This document shows, in pieces, positions 1-13,000 of a stretch of DNA of 64,000 bases (the stretch's first letter is position 1; each line of letters starts with the position of its first letter). The notes under the pieces were generated by a model that was not told where the DNA came from, searched no databases, and was given only the letters and a program-made list of their open reading frames with translations. Source of the DNA: Schmidtea polychroa (Eukaryota). Location: NCBI GenBank assembly GCA_044892525.1, contig CM097885.1, positions 253,084,001 to 253,148,000 on the forward strand. The letters run 5' to 3'. A program made the translations under genes and the position numbers.

Positions 1-987
1 GATTTATAAATTGAATAATATTTCTTTTATAATCTTTGCGTTTATGCAAGTTTGCAGTTATTAATAATTGATTTGTTTGTTTCATTTTTCATAATTATAT
101 TTATATACTAATATTAATTATGTACCTCAACCCATCTTCCCATTTGCATTAGCTTTCCTTGTTCTCCAATGGTGCAACATGAAATTACATCGAATTTTGA
201 CTAAACTAGAATCTATGAGACATATTGTGACAAGATTAATATATTATTAATCTCTTTTGACTTATTTACCCACGAGTTCTTAGTTTTTCATTCATTTGTT
301 TATATTAGCTATCCACATGGACAAACTACATTATATCCCTAAATTATATTTTATGAACTATAATCTATTCTGGAGGCGGGTATTAATTCTGATATGTGCA
401 GCTAGGAAGCTTTAGCAGTAAAAGTCATGATGCTATTTTGAAATTGTGATTAAGAAAAGTTCGCCATGTAAGGTATAAATTGGAGCTTGGGAAAAAATTG
501 ATTATCAATCTAACTATAAAAAATGTAACTTTTTCTGTTGTTTTGTTAAGAAGGATGAATTAATAAATGGAAACATTCTAGTTCAAGTTTCGTGTCGAAA
601 AAAAAGATAAAAATGGTAGAATTTTAGATTATTTCTCGAAGCATTGATAGTTATTTACGGGAGAAGATATTTTCAAACACAGAAAAATTATGTCGAAATT
701 TTCGAGCCATATTTTCGATGCATAGCATTCATCACTCAATGAAACCGATATCAGCAGTAAATTAGTGTTTTACCACTTCTGATCAAAATTCAGTAATCTG
801 TTCCTTTTATAATTCCCTAGTGCGCTAATTGTCAATGCTAGTTAAACCATATACATTTCTTTCTGTCTTTTTACCACCGCTTTCATTCCTTGTTATTAGT
901 CGTAGAAATAAAGTATATTAGATATTCCAATATATACATTGAAACAATTTTATTTTAATTGGTTATTTTAATTATTTAATTGTTCAG

Positions 988-1014
988 ATGTTGAAGAATC
1001 TATCAAACTAATTG
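988..1014 (+). CDS. DEPDC5: DEPDC5 27-nt exon ([10 protein letters not shown])
   Basis: ttcag acceptor and gtaatt donor; the phase-1 end joins 5208 to give LIGVDWKSL. Confidence 0.6.
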
Positions 1015-4000
1015 GTAATTTCCTGTTGAAAATTTGCTTTATATTTTCTATTTTCTATATATTACTCCATTATATATATATATGTATATATTACTGGCTG
1101 GCATAATATTAACTGAATGAAATGTATTATTCACACCATTTTATGTTGATCAATGTAGTTGCTATATGTTTCTGTTGAGTTTAGTTACATATTATAACAG
1201 GTCAGTATTTCTTCCATCGTACAAAGCAATATGATTTGCAGCACTAAAATAGTTATAAATTAAAACTTGCACATTTCACATTTATTATAATAAAAAAAGT
1301 TCCCTTCTTGATAAATTATTGACAGTTTATCAAGTCATTTTCTAATGTCAGAAAATCCTGATCTGTGATTTTGTATTAACTGCTAATTGTAGCTGGTACT
1401 TAGAGCATGAGTTATTTGTTTTGAAATACTTTATCACCGGTTTCAGAACTAATTTTTCTTGTGATAACAGGTGAGATTTGTTTAAAATTGAATTATTATT
1501 ATTACATGGATAAATATAAAATTCAGGTTTCAAATTTGTAATTATAGTTTAATCCGGTTGGTACTACTTTTTCACATATTCCATATTTACTGACAGATAT
1601 GATGAAAGAATAATAACTCAAAATTTGTCCTTAGTCTTCATTCACTTTTACATAAGCAATAGGTGCAGGTTTACTGTCAAGTGTATTTGTTAATACATAA
1701 AACCTCATTAAATAAATCTAAAACGTATCTATAATGAAAGTATGTTTACCAAAATTAACATTACATCCGGTTTTTTCTATAATTAAACAAAATCAACAAA
1801 TTGTATAATATACACCAACTGGCAATTAGAATGAGGAGTCGGGAAAAAAGACATATTGTATAATCGATGACATAATAAAGGCATATACCCCCACCCAGGG
1901 CTTCATGTCCTACCCCACTCTAATGTTTTTCCCTCTTTAGCCCTTTTTCATCGGTCCGATTGTGTAACCATGTATAGGCAGAATTTAATTCTCTACAAAA
2001 TGGCTCAATTGCAATTTTAGTTTGTCGCTGTGTGTGTAATATACACATGTTTTTACGATAAATTTGTATTTTTCATACAGTTAACATAATTTTATTTAAA
2101 ATTTAATTTTCTATAAAATGGATTGATTAGAAATGATGTCTCGTATGTTGTGTGTAAGAAACACATGTTTTCAAATAAATTTGTATTTTTTGAGTCAGTT
2201 AGTGTAATGACTATATGGACATTGATTTAAAGATTAATAATATAAATAAATCCAACCCAGTGTTATAACCAAGTGACATTTAATTATATTGATGACATTA
2301 AATAATGGCTCACACTAGACCCGAATGGGGTAATAAGGAAATTTTTCAAATTTTCCATTTTATTAACTATTATAGTGTTTTTACTATAATGGGTTAAACT
2401 AAAAGCTTTCCCGGGAATTCAAAATCGTAAAATTAATAAAGTTAAAAAAATATAAAAACATTAATATAAGGTATAAGTTTTTTGTCATGATGAGTGTTAG
2501 TCTATTTTTTCTTTTAACAAAGTCTTTTTATAAAGCAATCAGTTAAACCCGGCAACGTCGCCTTTTCAATTTCAAGCTAACTTCACTATTGTTATATGAA
2601 CAACAAATAACAACATAAACCTGTGTGATTTTCGAATTTTATTGTACGGCAATACCATCGCATATTTTGGCTCATCTTGTTTGTTATTATCAATACTCAT
2701 CTTCACTACATCATTCGACATATCAGTCAATTTACATTCATTCATACTACATACGTTAACAATAAAAACCGTTTTGAGTAGCCATTCTTCACTAGTAATT
2801 CAACTAATTTATCTACACTTTTTACTGAATTTTTAAAAGTGGAAGATAAGCACCATGATCGATAAACCAATCGTTTCACCATGTTTCTTTTATATTTAAA
2901 TTCACAAAAACTCTCTGGGGTAGTATAGAAGGATATAAGGATTTCAAAAGAAAGATTGGTAAACAGCTGGGTACATTGAATTATGGAATTGTTTCAAAAT
3001 CGTTAGTAAATCTCAAACGCAGGTTGGGTTGTGTTCGGATCTCGTTTATCAATTCACATGTAATGGGTGTAATGCCACATACATTGGAGAGACTTCCCGT
3101 CATCTCTGTACTCGAGTTCAAGAAGACTGTCGGCCGAAGGGAGTGTACAATATTAAGGATCACAATAAAGTATGTATGAGAGAATTAGGAATGTCGGATT
3201 TTAAAATCTTATCAAAAAATTTTGATAATCGTTTTTAGCGTGTGATATGTGAAGCATTATTGATAAGAACTTTTAATCCTAAAATCAATGTGCAGAATGC
3301 AGTGAATACGTGTGTGTTGAATGTTTTTAATTAAATTTCTGTATGTTGATGTATAGTTACGTTAAATAATTATGTTAATAGTTATGTTAAATAATTAAAA
3401 AAAATAATTAAAATAATATTTTTTAAATAATTTTAAAAGTTTAAATATAATTGATTATTGAAAATTATTTTTAAAAAAATTAATTGTTTGAAATTTTTAT
3501 TTATAATTTAAAATTTATATATTTTATAATTTGTTTATATATTATCAATATAGAATAGTTATTCATCCTTCGTGAATGTAGGTTAGCTGATGATGATAGT
3601 GACGCTATCGAAATATATAGTGAAAAAGATGTACGAATGGCGAAATTGGTGATCATTAAAATCATTGCGTTCAACATTATCCAAATTAAATTTTTTATTG
3701 AAAAATTCTTTAAAATTAATGAATTATAAAATTATTTTTTAAATCATAGGAATTAACTTTCATTTACTAATAAATAATAAACTTAATTCATATTTTCATG
3801 TAAAAATAATACTTTAAACATTTTGTTATCAAAATTACTTTAAATTAAATAAAAATACTAGTGTAAAATTGCCTTAAGCTGATAAATTAATTCACTAAAT
3901 GTCTATAATAAAAATACACAATAAATAGCATCATAATTTTCAATTTTAGAGAAATTATGAGTTCTAAGTAGTTTAATCATAGATTATTGGTGCCCATGTT

Positions 4001-7000
4001 GTTTACCATAGACTTATCACTAATTGGAACGAGAGTAATTTTCTAGGAGATTTGCAGGTTTAGTTTCTGAAACGTTGCTAGAATTAGAAGGAAACTCTTC
4101 ACATTGTTGACTACCTACTGAAACACTCTGGTTAGTGATAAACCAATGAGTGACACCAAATGTTTTAAACTACTTAAGAACTATATGTAAATAAATTTGT
4201 GTTTAAGAAAAAAGTTGAGTCCTGATTTGATATAATTGAATTCTAAATAATCTAAACTAGTTAATGAATGTAAGAATTCTTCATTCTGATCCATGATTAA
4301 TGCGATCAATTGAGGATGATTTCTCTACATTAATTTTAGATTAGGTATGGTTTTGAATAAATTTCCTTTTGTGGAAATAATTTTCGATACTTTTGATTCG
4401 ATTTCATCTCTATTTCTAAAATTTCTTTAGTTTATCAATATCCTTTTAATTTAATTAAAGATTTCAAAACTGAGTATTGGTAAATTTTCCCATTGTGTTC
4501 TGTATTTTAGGTGTAGGCGCTAGGATTTCTTTGAATAAACAAAATTTCATTATTCCTAGCAACCTCAGTCACTAATCACTTTGAAAATCATATAGATAAA
4601 CTTACAAATTGAAACTTTCCTCTTTGTAAATTTAATCATAATATAATATAAACCAGTGATTGCTAAATTGGATGCTACTAAGCTTTTAAAAGATATTTGC
4701 AATCACTAACGTATTTGAGCCATTGAAGATAATATTGTAATTATTTTTATTTAAACATTATTTCATCTCTCGATATAAATTTCTATTTAACGGTTTAATA
4801 AAATCGAATAGTAAATTATTGTTAATTTATTCAGATATATTATAATTTCTTGTATGTAAAAAGTTTCAGAAAAATAAGTTTAAAGAAAGTTTCAGAATCA
4901 TTGATCTAAACCACGAATATTCTTTACCAATTATTATTATTATTATTATTAAATATAAATAAAGGCATATAAATGTGTGCAAATTCTGTAATTAGAATAA
5001 ATAACTAATCAATATTTTCACATTTTATGTAACTTATTTAGTAATTGTCATTGATTTACCGATGTGAATATTTTCAATAATTTATAAATCCAAATTATTG
5101 TTGTGCTGGATGTGTGGGGGAAATATATCTAATAATTTATAGCATTTTGTGTTAACCGCTTTCACAATTATGTATGTGTCTCTATTTGAGCGAGTATACA
5201 TTTTTAGGAGTCGATTGGAAATCTTTGACCTTACCTGCAATGTTGCCTATCACTTCTGACTATTATCCGAGTGCAAGAGTTCTCGAGGATGAATTTTTGG
5301 AATCGAACTATCAATTAATGGCTAACAGGTTGTAATCAATTGTCATTTTTCAGTTCCGATATTTTACGTATTGGAAAACTCATTGATATTTAAACCTTAA
5401 AGATTTAGTTCTATATAAAAACCCTATATTCATTAGAGAAAGACAGATATTGCTTTTTTATTTATTTAGGACCATGCTGTATTAAGGCTCCTATTTATTC
5501 GCTATGTATTTTATTAGTGCCTTTATGTATTTTTTTCTAAGTAAATATTTATAAAATGCTAAGTATTATATTAATTATATAAGTAAAAAAATAGAATTCA
5601 TTAGGTATTTAATTATTTTATTATAGGTAATATTTTTAATTTTTATAAGTAAAAAAATACAAAAACTAAGTAAAACAATGAAAAATTCATAAGAATAAAC
5701 AAAAAGTGACACAATAAAAAAATCCATAAAAATACAAAGACTATTATAAAAATATTTGAAATTATTGTTTTAATAAGGCTTTTTTAGCTTTTGTTGGTCT
5801 TCCTCGTGGTAGTTTACTTCCAAAAGAAGTATTCTTAGCTACTGCCTGTACTTTGCAATATTTAAGTCTGATTGAAATGCCGACAACATGCTTGCAAATA
5901 AATTTTTTTTTAAATGCTGGACAATTGCACTGACCGTCGGCCCAATTGGCTTTATCGTTTGGTAAATTAATGTGCCAGACAGTAAAAGCTCGCTTCGTAA
6001 ATTGATCGAATGTTGTCCAGCGCATTTTTTCAACCTTGTCAATGTCTTCTTGAGTTACTACTAGCTGAGTTCACTAACTGAGTTCACTAGCTGAAACATA
6101 GTAGTTTGTCGACTGTTCTTGGGGCACCGAAAGAATTGCTTTGCTTTATTTAGCCCATTGATAAGACTGGGTCCATAATGCTGTGTCGATTGATTGTTTT
6201 GTAATAAACTCCTTCAGACTTCGAGGATATGCTAGTGACCACTTTTTAACAATATCTTGTTTGCTAAATCTAGATAATGGCGTGCGCTCTCTGATAGTTT
6301 CTTCGTCTTTAAGAACTTGATTATTTGACTCTAGATTATTGTTAGTACTTGGCGTGAAGGGCATGTATCCTTCATACCAAGTATTTTGTGTCGTAAGCCA
6401 CATCATATTCGTATTGTCTAAAAACTCAGTCGCTTTTTTTGTCTGCATTTTTTAACAAATAGAGAACTTGCTTTTTCAAAAATGACTTGGCTTTGTGACA
6501 ATTGAAGTTGATCTACATCTTCAATTAATTCGTTTTGATCTTCTTTAGCTACTAAAGACTCGATTTTTTTGACACAATTTCTACGCATATGTGCCCAACA
6601 CATCACAATTTCATTTTTATTAAAAACTTGTGAATAAGCTTTACGTATAGCGTTAGAAGCATCAGAAATCAATACACGAGGATTGAATAATGATGCATTT
6701 ATTTTTTTCAAGCCAATATTGATACTTGAAAAAATAAAATTAAAATCAGCAGTTTTTTGATTGGTACATATACCTAGGCCAAACGAATGAAAATGCCTAT
6801 CTAAATCGGTTGTACCAATGATTAAAATTGGATAGCCCTGCCAAACCAGTTTATAAGTTGCATCAGCATTTAAAATTGTTGATGCTGAGGCGAGCTTAAG
6901 TAATCTTATTGTACTTATAAAAAATCTAAATTTAGAGCCGTGGTTTTCTTCATCTTCATCGTTTTCTTCATTACTCTCTTCACACTCAAATTCATCGGCA

Positions 7001-10000
7001 TAAGTTATTTTATAATTGACTACAAAGGCTTCATCTTCTATCTCTAGTATGGAAGATGATGATTGAAGCCAATTTTCAAGCTCATCTAAACTTATTACTG
7101 GTGGCCCGTAAACTTCATTTCTAATCTTGTTTAATTGATTTCTTAATTGTATAGTAGTAGGAACAGGCTTTATACCTCGTTCATGAAAGATTTCTAACAT
7201 TCTCTTAGGTTTTATTTTAAGCTTAAACAACTCTTTAATTAGTTCTTTAGCTTCGTTAGATATTGCAGATTTAGACATGTTTTCTTCATGCTTATGCTCA
7301 GCTTCTGCCCTAAAAAGAATAACTTCGTCTGATCTTGAGTCGTAAAGTAAATGTAATGCAGAATCACATTGCTTGCCTTTAAATTTAACTTGATTGCATC
7401 GATAGTAAACTTTTTTACCATCTTCAGTTTTGTTGGAATAAGAGTAACTCCATATCTTCTCTTCTTTAATTGCATTTTTTGCTTCTTCAGCACTTTTAAA
7501 TACTTTTTCATGAGTCCAAACTTTGGACACTTTTTTGGCTCGTGGTTTCTTTAAACTTGTAACATCAAACTCAAGATCAGACTGATAATCTTCAACTTCT
7601 GCAAAATTATTAGCCATTATAAGTTCAGTATTTGTTTTAATTTTGTTTATAATAAATATATAAACAAAATGATTAGAGTTCTAAGACTTTACGTAGAAAA
7701 ACATACCGCTTTATTGAAAGTTTGTAATAATTGTCGAAAAAAAATAAGATCTAAGAACATCTTAGAAAAAATTAAGATTTATTGATGGATTTTATTAATT
7801 GACATATCGTTTTTTTATTTTACTTTTGACTTGGCATTTATTTATTTTACATAGTTTTTAATTAATTACTTAGCGAATGTATTAAATATCTAGAATTAAT
7901 TAATTAACATAGAAAGTGTTTATAAAATACATAGCGTTTAGTAAAAAATACATAGCGAATAAATAGTTCTCCTGTATTAATAAATTGATTATTATTAGTA
8001 AACGTATGATTTTTTCCCTCTATGTTTCAGTAGGATTATCGAGTTTATAAATAATATTCATTTAGAATCCATTAAGACAACGTTTCGCAATTTTGATAAT
8101 CTCTTTAAGGTTTTAATGTGCTATTTCGTGTTTACATGTTGTGAGATTTACTAATTTATTAATGAATTTGGAAAAATCCAGCGAGAAACAGAAATTAGTA
8201 TAACTGATGAATAGACAAGTTCGCGGTTTTCTAAAGGATTATCTATTAAATTTCGGGTGACGAGTCTGTTCGCTAACAGTGTATTTGGTGGAGTGGCACC
8301 ACTGAATCTTTGCAGTGATTATGAAAGGTGTAAAGCTGTTCATATATAGTTGGTACTGTGTTACATGCTCCATCACAGAACCAACGAGACATAGGTCTGT
8401 GTAACAAGTGCAGATTCGCATCTGTTCCAAGCATAAAAATGCGGTCTTCATCTGCACTGTCAAAAAGAATGAAGTTGTTATCACTCAATGTATTCTGTAG
8501 ATTAGTCTCGATTAAATCTACATCCTGGTAACGAGCCGGTAGAGGTACTGGATTTCATGCTTTGTGTTGTGAACGCCGAATTGGTTTTCCGGTCTGAGTA
8601 ACGTCAATGAAGCACGCCCTTCGTCAGAAACATCTATTAAAACCCTACGTGTGATTTCAGCTATAGGCTTCTGTGTTTATGCTGCTCTTTTCGATTTTTC
8701 TAGGAACTTGTGCGTTATTGCAAGGCATCGTTGGCGTTAATAATTACTGAATTCCTCTGCCGCTGCATTTCAACAAATCTAGTATTCAGAAGTACCATCA
8801 ATACTAAGTTTGTGTCTTTGGTATAAAAACTAAGAGTATACTATCATTCTACAAACTCTAGTATTTTTTACAATTTCCACATTGAACGCTAAATTTGAAT
8901 TAACCCCCTAAGGAGACTTTCAGTTAATTGGCTTTAATATTTTAATATTGCAAAGATTAGCTTTTTTTCTTGGTTGTTGATCGTATTTCATAGTGGAATT
9001 TCAAATTGCTTTGTATATATTGTACTTACTTGAAGTTATTGGCTTTATTAATAATACCTCTTACCGAATTGCATGTCACCAAAAACAACGGTACCGAACT
9101 GTTTGTTACCTAATTGCCCTGGAATGAAATATCACGATAAGAACTTTATTTATTTTTTGATAAATGAACAGTTAACCAATTGTTTCTCTTGTTTCACAAT
9201 GTGGATTCTTTATATTTTGATTAATTATCCGTATATCTAATCAAAAATAATAAACCACTTATTTTCAGTTTAAATAGTAGCAGTGATATGAATAATCAAT
9301 CTCACAGAAAACCTCTAGGAATTCATGATGTTTTCCAAGAGTTGATTTATCAGAGATTAAACCAGGTTTCATAGAGATCTGTCATTAATATTTTGTCATA
9401 ATCAGTCAATCATAGGGATTTCAATTGATTACAAATCCCCCGACTTTGAACCACTCAACTAGCAGCTTTTCTAAAGATATTAATAAAAAAGGTTCTTTCA
9501 AAATAAAGGATAAAAATGTATAATAAAATATTCCAACTCATATCTCTTACCTATTTATTCACAGGCCATTTATAAATTCGGACTTGGTCGCATTTTTCAT
9601 AGTATTCAAATGAAACAAGATCTCATCCATGTTACGCAATATAGTCCTCGGTATTTACTGCGGTTCTTGAGACGATAATTTTCTATGTACATATTCATTT
9701 AGACATACGAATAATTTGCCTGATATCACTTATAATTATTGTCTGAAAATGCCAGACTCCAAGGACTTCATGATGTCCAAAACGAAATTCTCTACTCAAA
9801 TGCTAGAAAAATTCAATTGGAATTATCATGATCATTACATTTTGAATTACGGTGGAAATATCAATGAAAGCACCGACGATATTTGTCGCTACAAATTAAT
9901 TCCAGTAAAAGCGTATTTGCTGTGAAATTATTATTATAACTGCTATTAGTCTCTAAAGTTTTGGCGTAGCAGATTTTATTTACTACCAACACATTCGGCT

Positions 10001-13000
10001 ACTAAGGTCATAATGGATATGGACAAAAAGTAAGAATTTATCAATTATGGTACATATTCGATAATTCGTTAAGACAAAAAATCAAAAATTATTTTTTGAT
10101 CTTTTGTCATAATGAAATTAAATAAAATATTATAAAAAAAGAAAACAGATCAAATGTGACCAAATAAATTAAGATTTTATTGAAAGTCAATATTTACAAT
10201 TTTATGAATCGTAAATATTAATCAATATAAAATACAAAACCGAATTAAAGTTTTTTTACCCTAAACACTCTTGAATTTGATCATAGCTCAATGTGGTCCT
10301 TAACCCTTTATATGGCAAAGGCTGAAATTGGTTTATATATTAACCAGTTGCTTTAAGGTATATATTTCTAATACCGCCCATATAAACATCAACTTTAATA
10401 CTTTGTCGAGAACGCTCTTTGGTTAATTTATTGTTCTAACTTCGTGAAGTTGGCGTTGTTACATAGAATTAGTCTTGTAGAAAGCCTTTTGTAGTACTGT
10501 AAAAGATCCAAAAGATCCAATGTATGTAAACAGTGTAATGTGCCGTTTTGTGTTTTGAACCTGTGAGGTGTTTTCAGTTGAGAATTAAATATTTCAATGA
10601 TTTATTAAGATAATTTTAAATGATAAATAATAATTTGAAATAACTATTTGAAATAACTTTTACAAACATTTTTAAATTGGAATTTTTAAATTGAAATTTT
10701 TAAATAAAAAATTAAACAAGCTTTTATTAGTAAATCATTTTTAAATAAATATATTTTAAATATCAAAATTTTAATAGATGGTTTTTGAAATATTTTATTC
10801 AACGCTGAAAAATTGTTTGGAAATTATACAATATTTCATTAAATAAATACTTGGAATTATGACGTTAACTTTTGAACCGGATTTAAAAAATAATTTAGAA
10901 GATGTTTTAGCAGCTTCTAATAGAACCATTTCACAAGAATACTTGTAAAAATATATAATGTTTGAAATGTTTATATTTTTTATAATAAAATTTTGTATGA
11001 ATATCTATCTTTTTTATTACATAAATTTATTTCTTACATAACGCTAAACAATCTTTGCAATCTTTGATTTTTCTGACGAACTAAGAAATATTTTTATTTT
11101 TATTTATCAAATTTATTTTATCTAGACAATAAGTATATTAAAATATATTAGTTAAAATTCAAATTCCAAAATCATTAATTTGTTCTATAAGGGGCTAAGT
11201 AAAAGTTTGCACCGGTAGTATTTGGTTTACCTCAATAATATTTTATTAATTTAATAATCAATTTAATAATTTAATAATCGATTTAATAATTCCTTATGAT
11301 ATTTAAAATAAGTACTCATATATTCGACTGGCTGTTGTCTTTATAAAGTAGACAAAAGTTGAACAATAACTGAACTAGAAATTATTATATAATTTATAAA
11401 TGGCAAAATAAATGGCAGCTGTGAAACACTAATAATTGCATAAAGTTAGGCTTGCTTAGTAAGTATTATATATTGAGTATTTCAAAAATATATTAGTTAA
11501 AATTCAAATTCCGAAATAATCAATTTGTCCTATAAAAGGTTAAAGTGAATTATGGAAGATATTTCATTACAATATTACAGGAAAACCTTTAACATTTTAT
11601 ACTTTCTTAAATATCATCTTATTTTAAAGTTTTTAGTCAAAATTTACTCGAGTGCATAGTATTATTGATTAATATTGATTTTCGGAATTAATATTTTCTA
11701 TATCAATAAATTTTGAATTCTGATAATATATAAAAATGATTTTCAAATTTATATCTGATATGAAATTTTTCTATTGTGGCTGTAAATCTTATAAACCTAA
11801 TTCGTATCTTCCTACTACAGAGTTCATTTTTCAAATAATAAATAGGACCTCATTTCCCAAAAAATACTAAAGGAACACATAAAAATATATTGATTTAACT
11901 CAAAATATTTAGTGCTTTATAGTTTCAAAACTTCGAATCCAAAAACTTATTATTTTTACATTAAAATATATTTTCTACGCTTCGTTGAGTTATTTGAAAA
12001 TATGGATAGAGCTGTACATAAAGTTGCTTTCTTTGTGATGATATTTGATGTCCTAATTTGATTCTCATCTTTTTAAATAAGGAAGACTTATCGGAGAAAT
12101 AAAATGTGAAAATGTTATTACAATAGGAATAAATATTCTCCATATTATCATTAGTTATTTATTACCGATGTAAATTGAAATTTATTATCCAATTTCATAA
12201 ATGCGGGTAACTAAACCATAGAAAATCGGTATAGAAGGTGAGCAAGTAGGATTAATTCTCCAATTACTACTTACTATTTGTCATTGAAAATAAAATATAT
12301 TATTTTTAAAATAGTTAATCAAGCTAGCAGATTTTGTTGTAATAATAGTTGATTTTTTCCCATTAAATTTTTTATCTCTAGCAAAAAAATACGATGCGAT
12401 ATATATGATGACAAATCAGTTGTGGAACAGAATTCACTGATTGAGGAATTTTTCAAATTTCTTGAAGGTATAAACAAAATTAAAAGACGATCTCCTAATT
12501 CTAAGGTTTGTATATTATAATATTATAATTATTATTATTTATTATTGTTATTATTATTATTGAATCTCTTTGAACTTTACTGAAAGAAATATTAATTCTA
12601 TTTTACGTCATAAATTTTAACCACCTTTTATAAATCTTTAAGAATGTGATATAATTATTTCCATATTTTCCATTATCATTATCGACTAAAAAGGATCGAA
12701 ATAAATGGTAGTCTGATGGCCCTGTATGTGGGTATTTCAAGTTTCAACAATTTTTTCACGAATGATCTAACTTGTACATTGTCTTGGATTTTCATGGTGA
12801 AAAACAACACCTTTCCGATTGACAATGTCCGGTCGCTTCTGTCTAGTTGCATCATTGAATTCATCTAGTTGGAGACAGTATAATTCCAAATTAATTGTTT
12901 TGTGCATATAATGGATATTAAATTAGATGTTACAGACAATTTAATCTATCACCAAAAAAATACTCACACTAAACTCCATATACGAGATGTGACAAATTAA

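Noticed and set aside
1885-2560. tacccc..ggggta and cccggcaacg motifs suggesting TE ends
   Set aside because: Matches are too short and no TSD was found.
5354-5367. Possible DEPDC5 micro-exon after a 25-nt intron
   Set aside because: Its phase is incompatible with exon 9269; the direct 5328-9269 splice keeps the frame.
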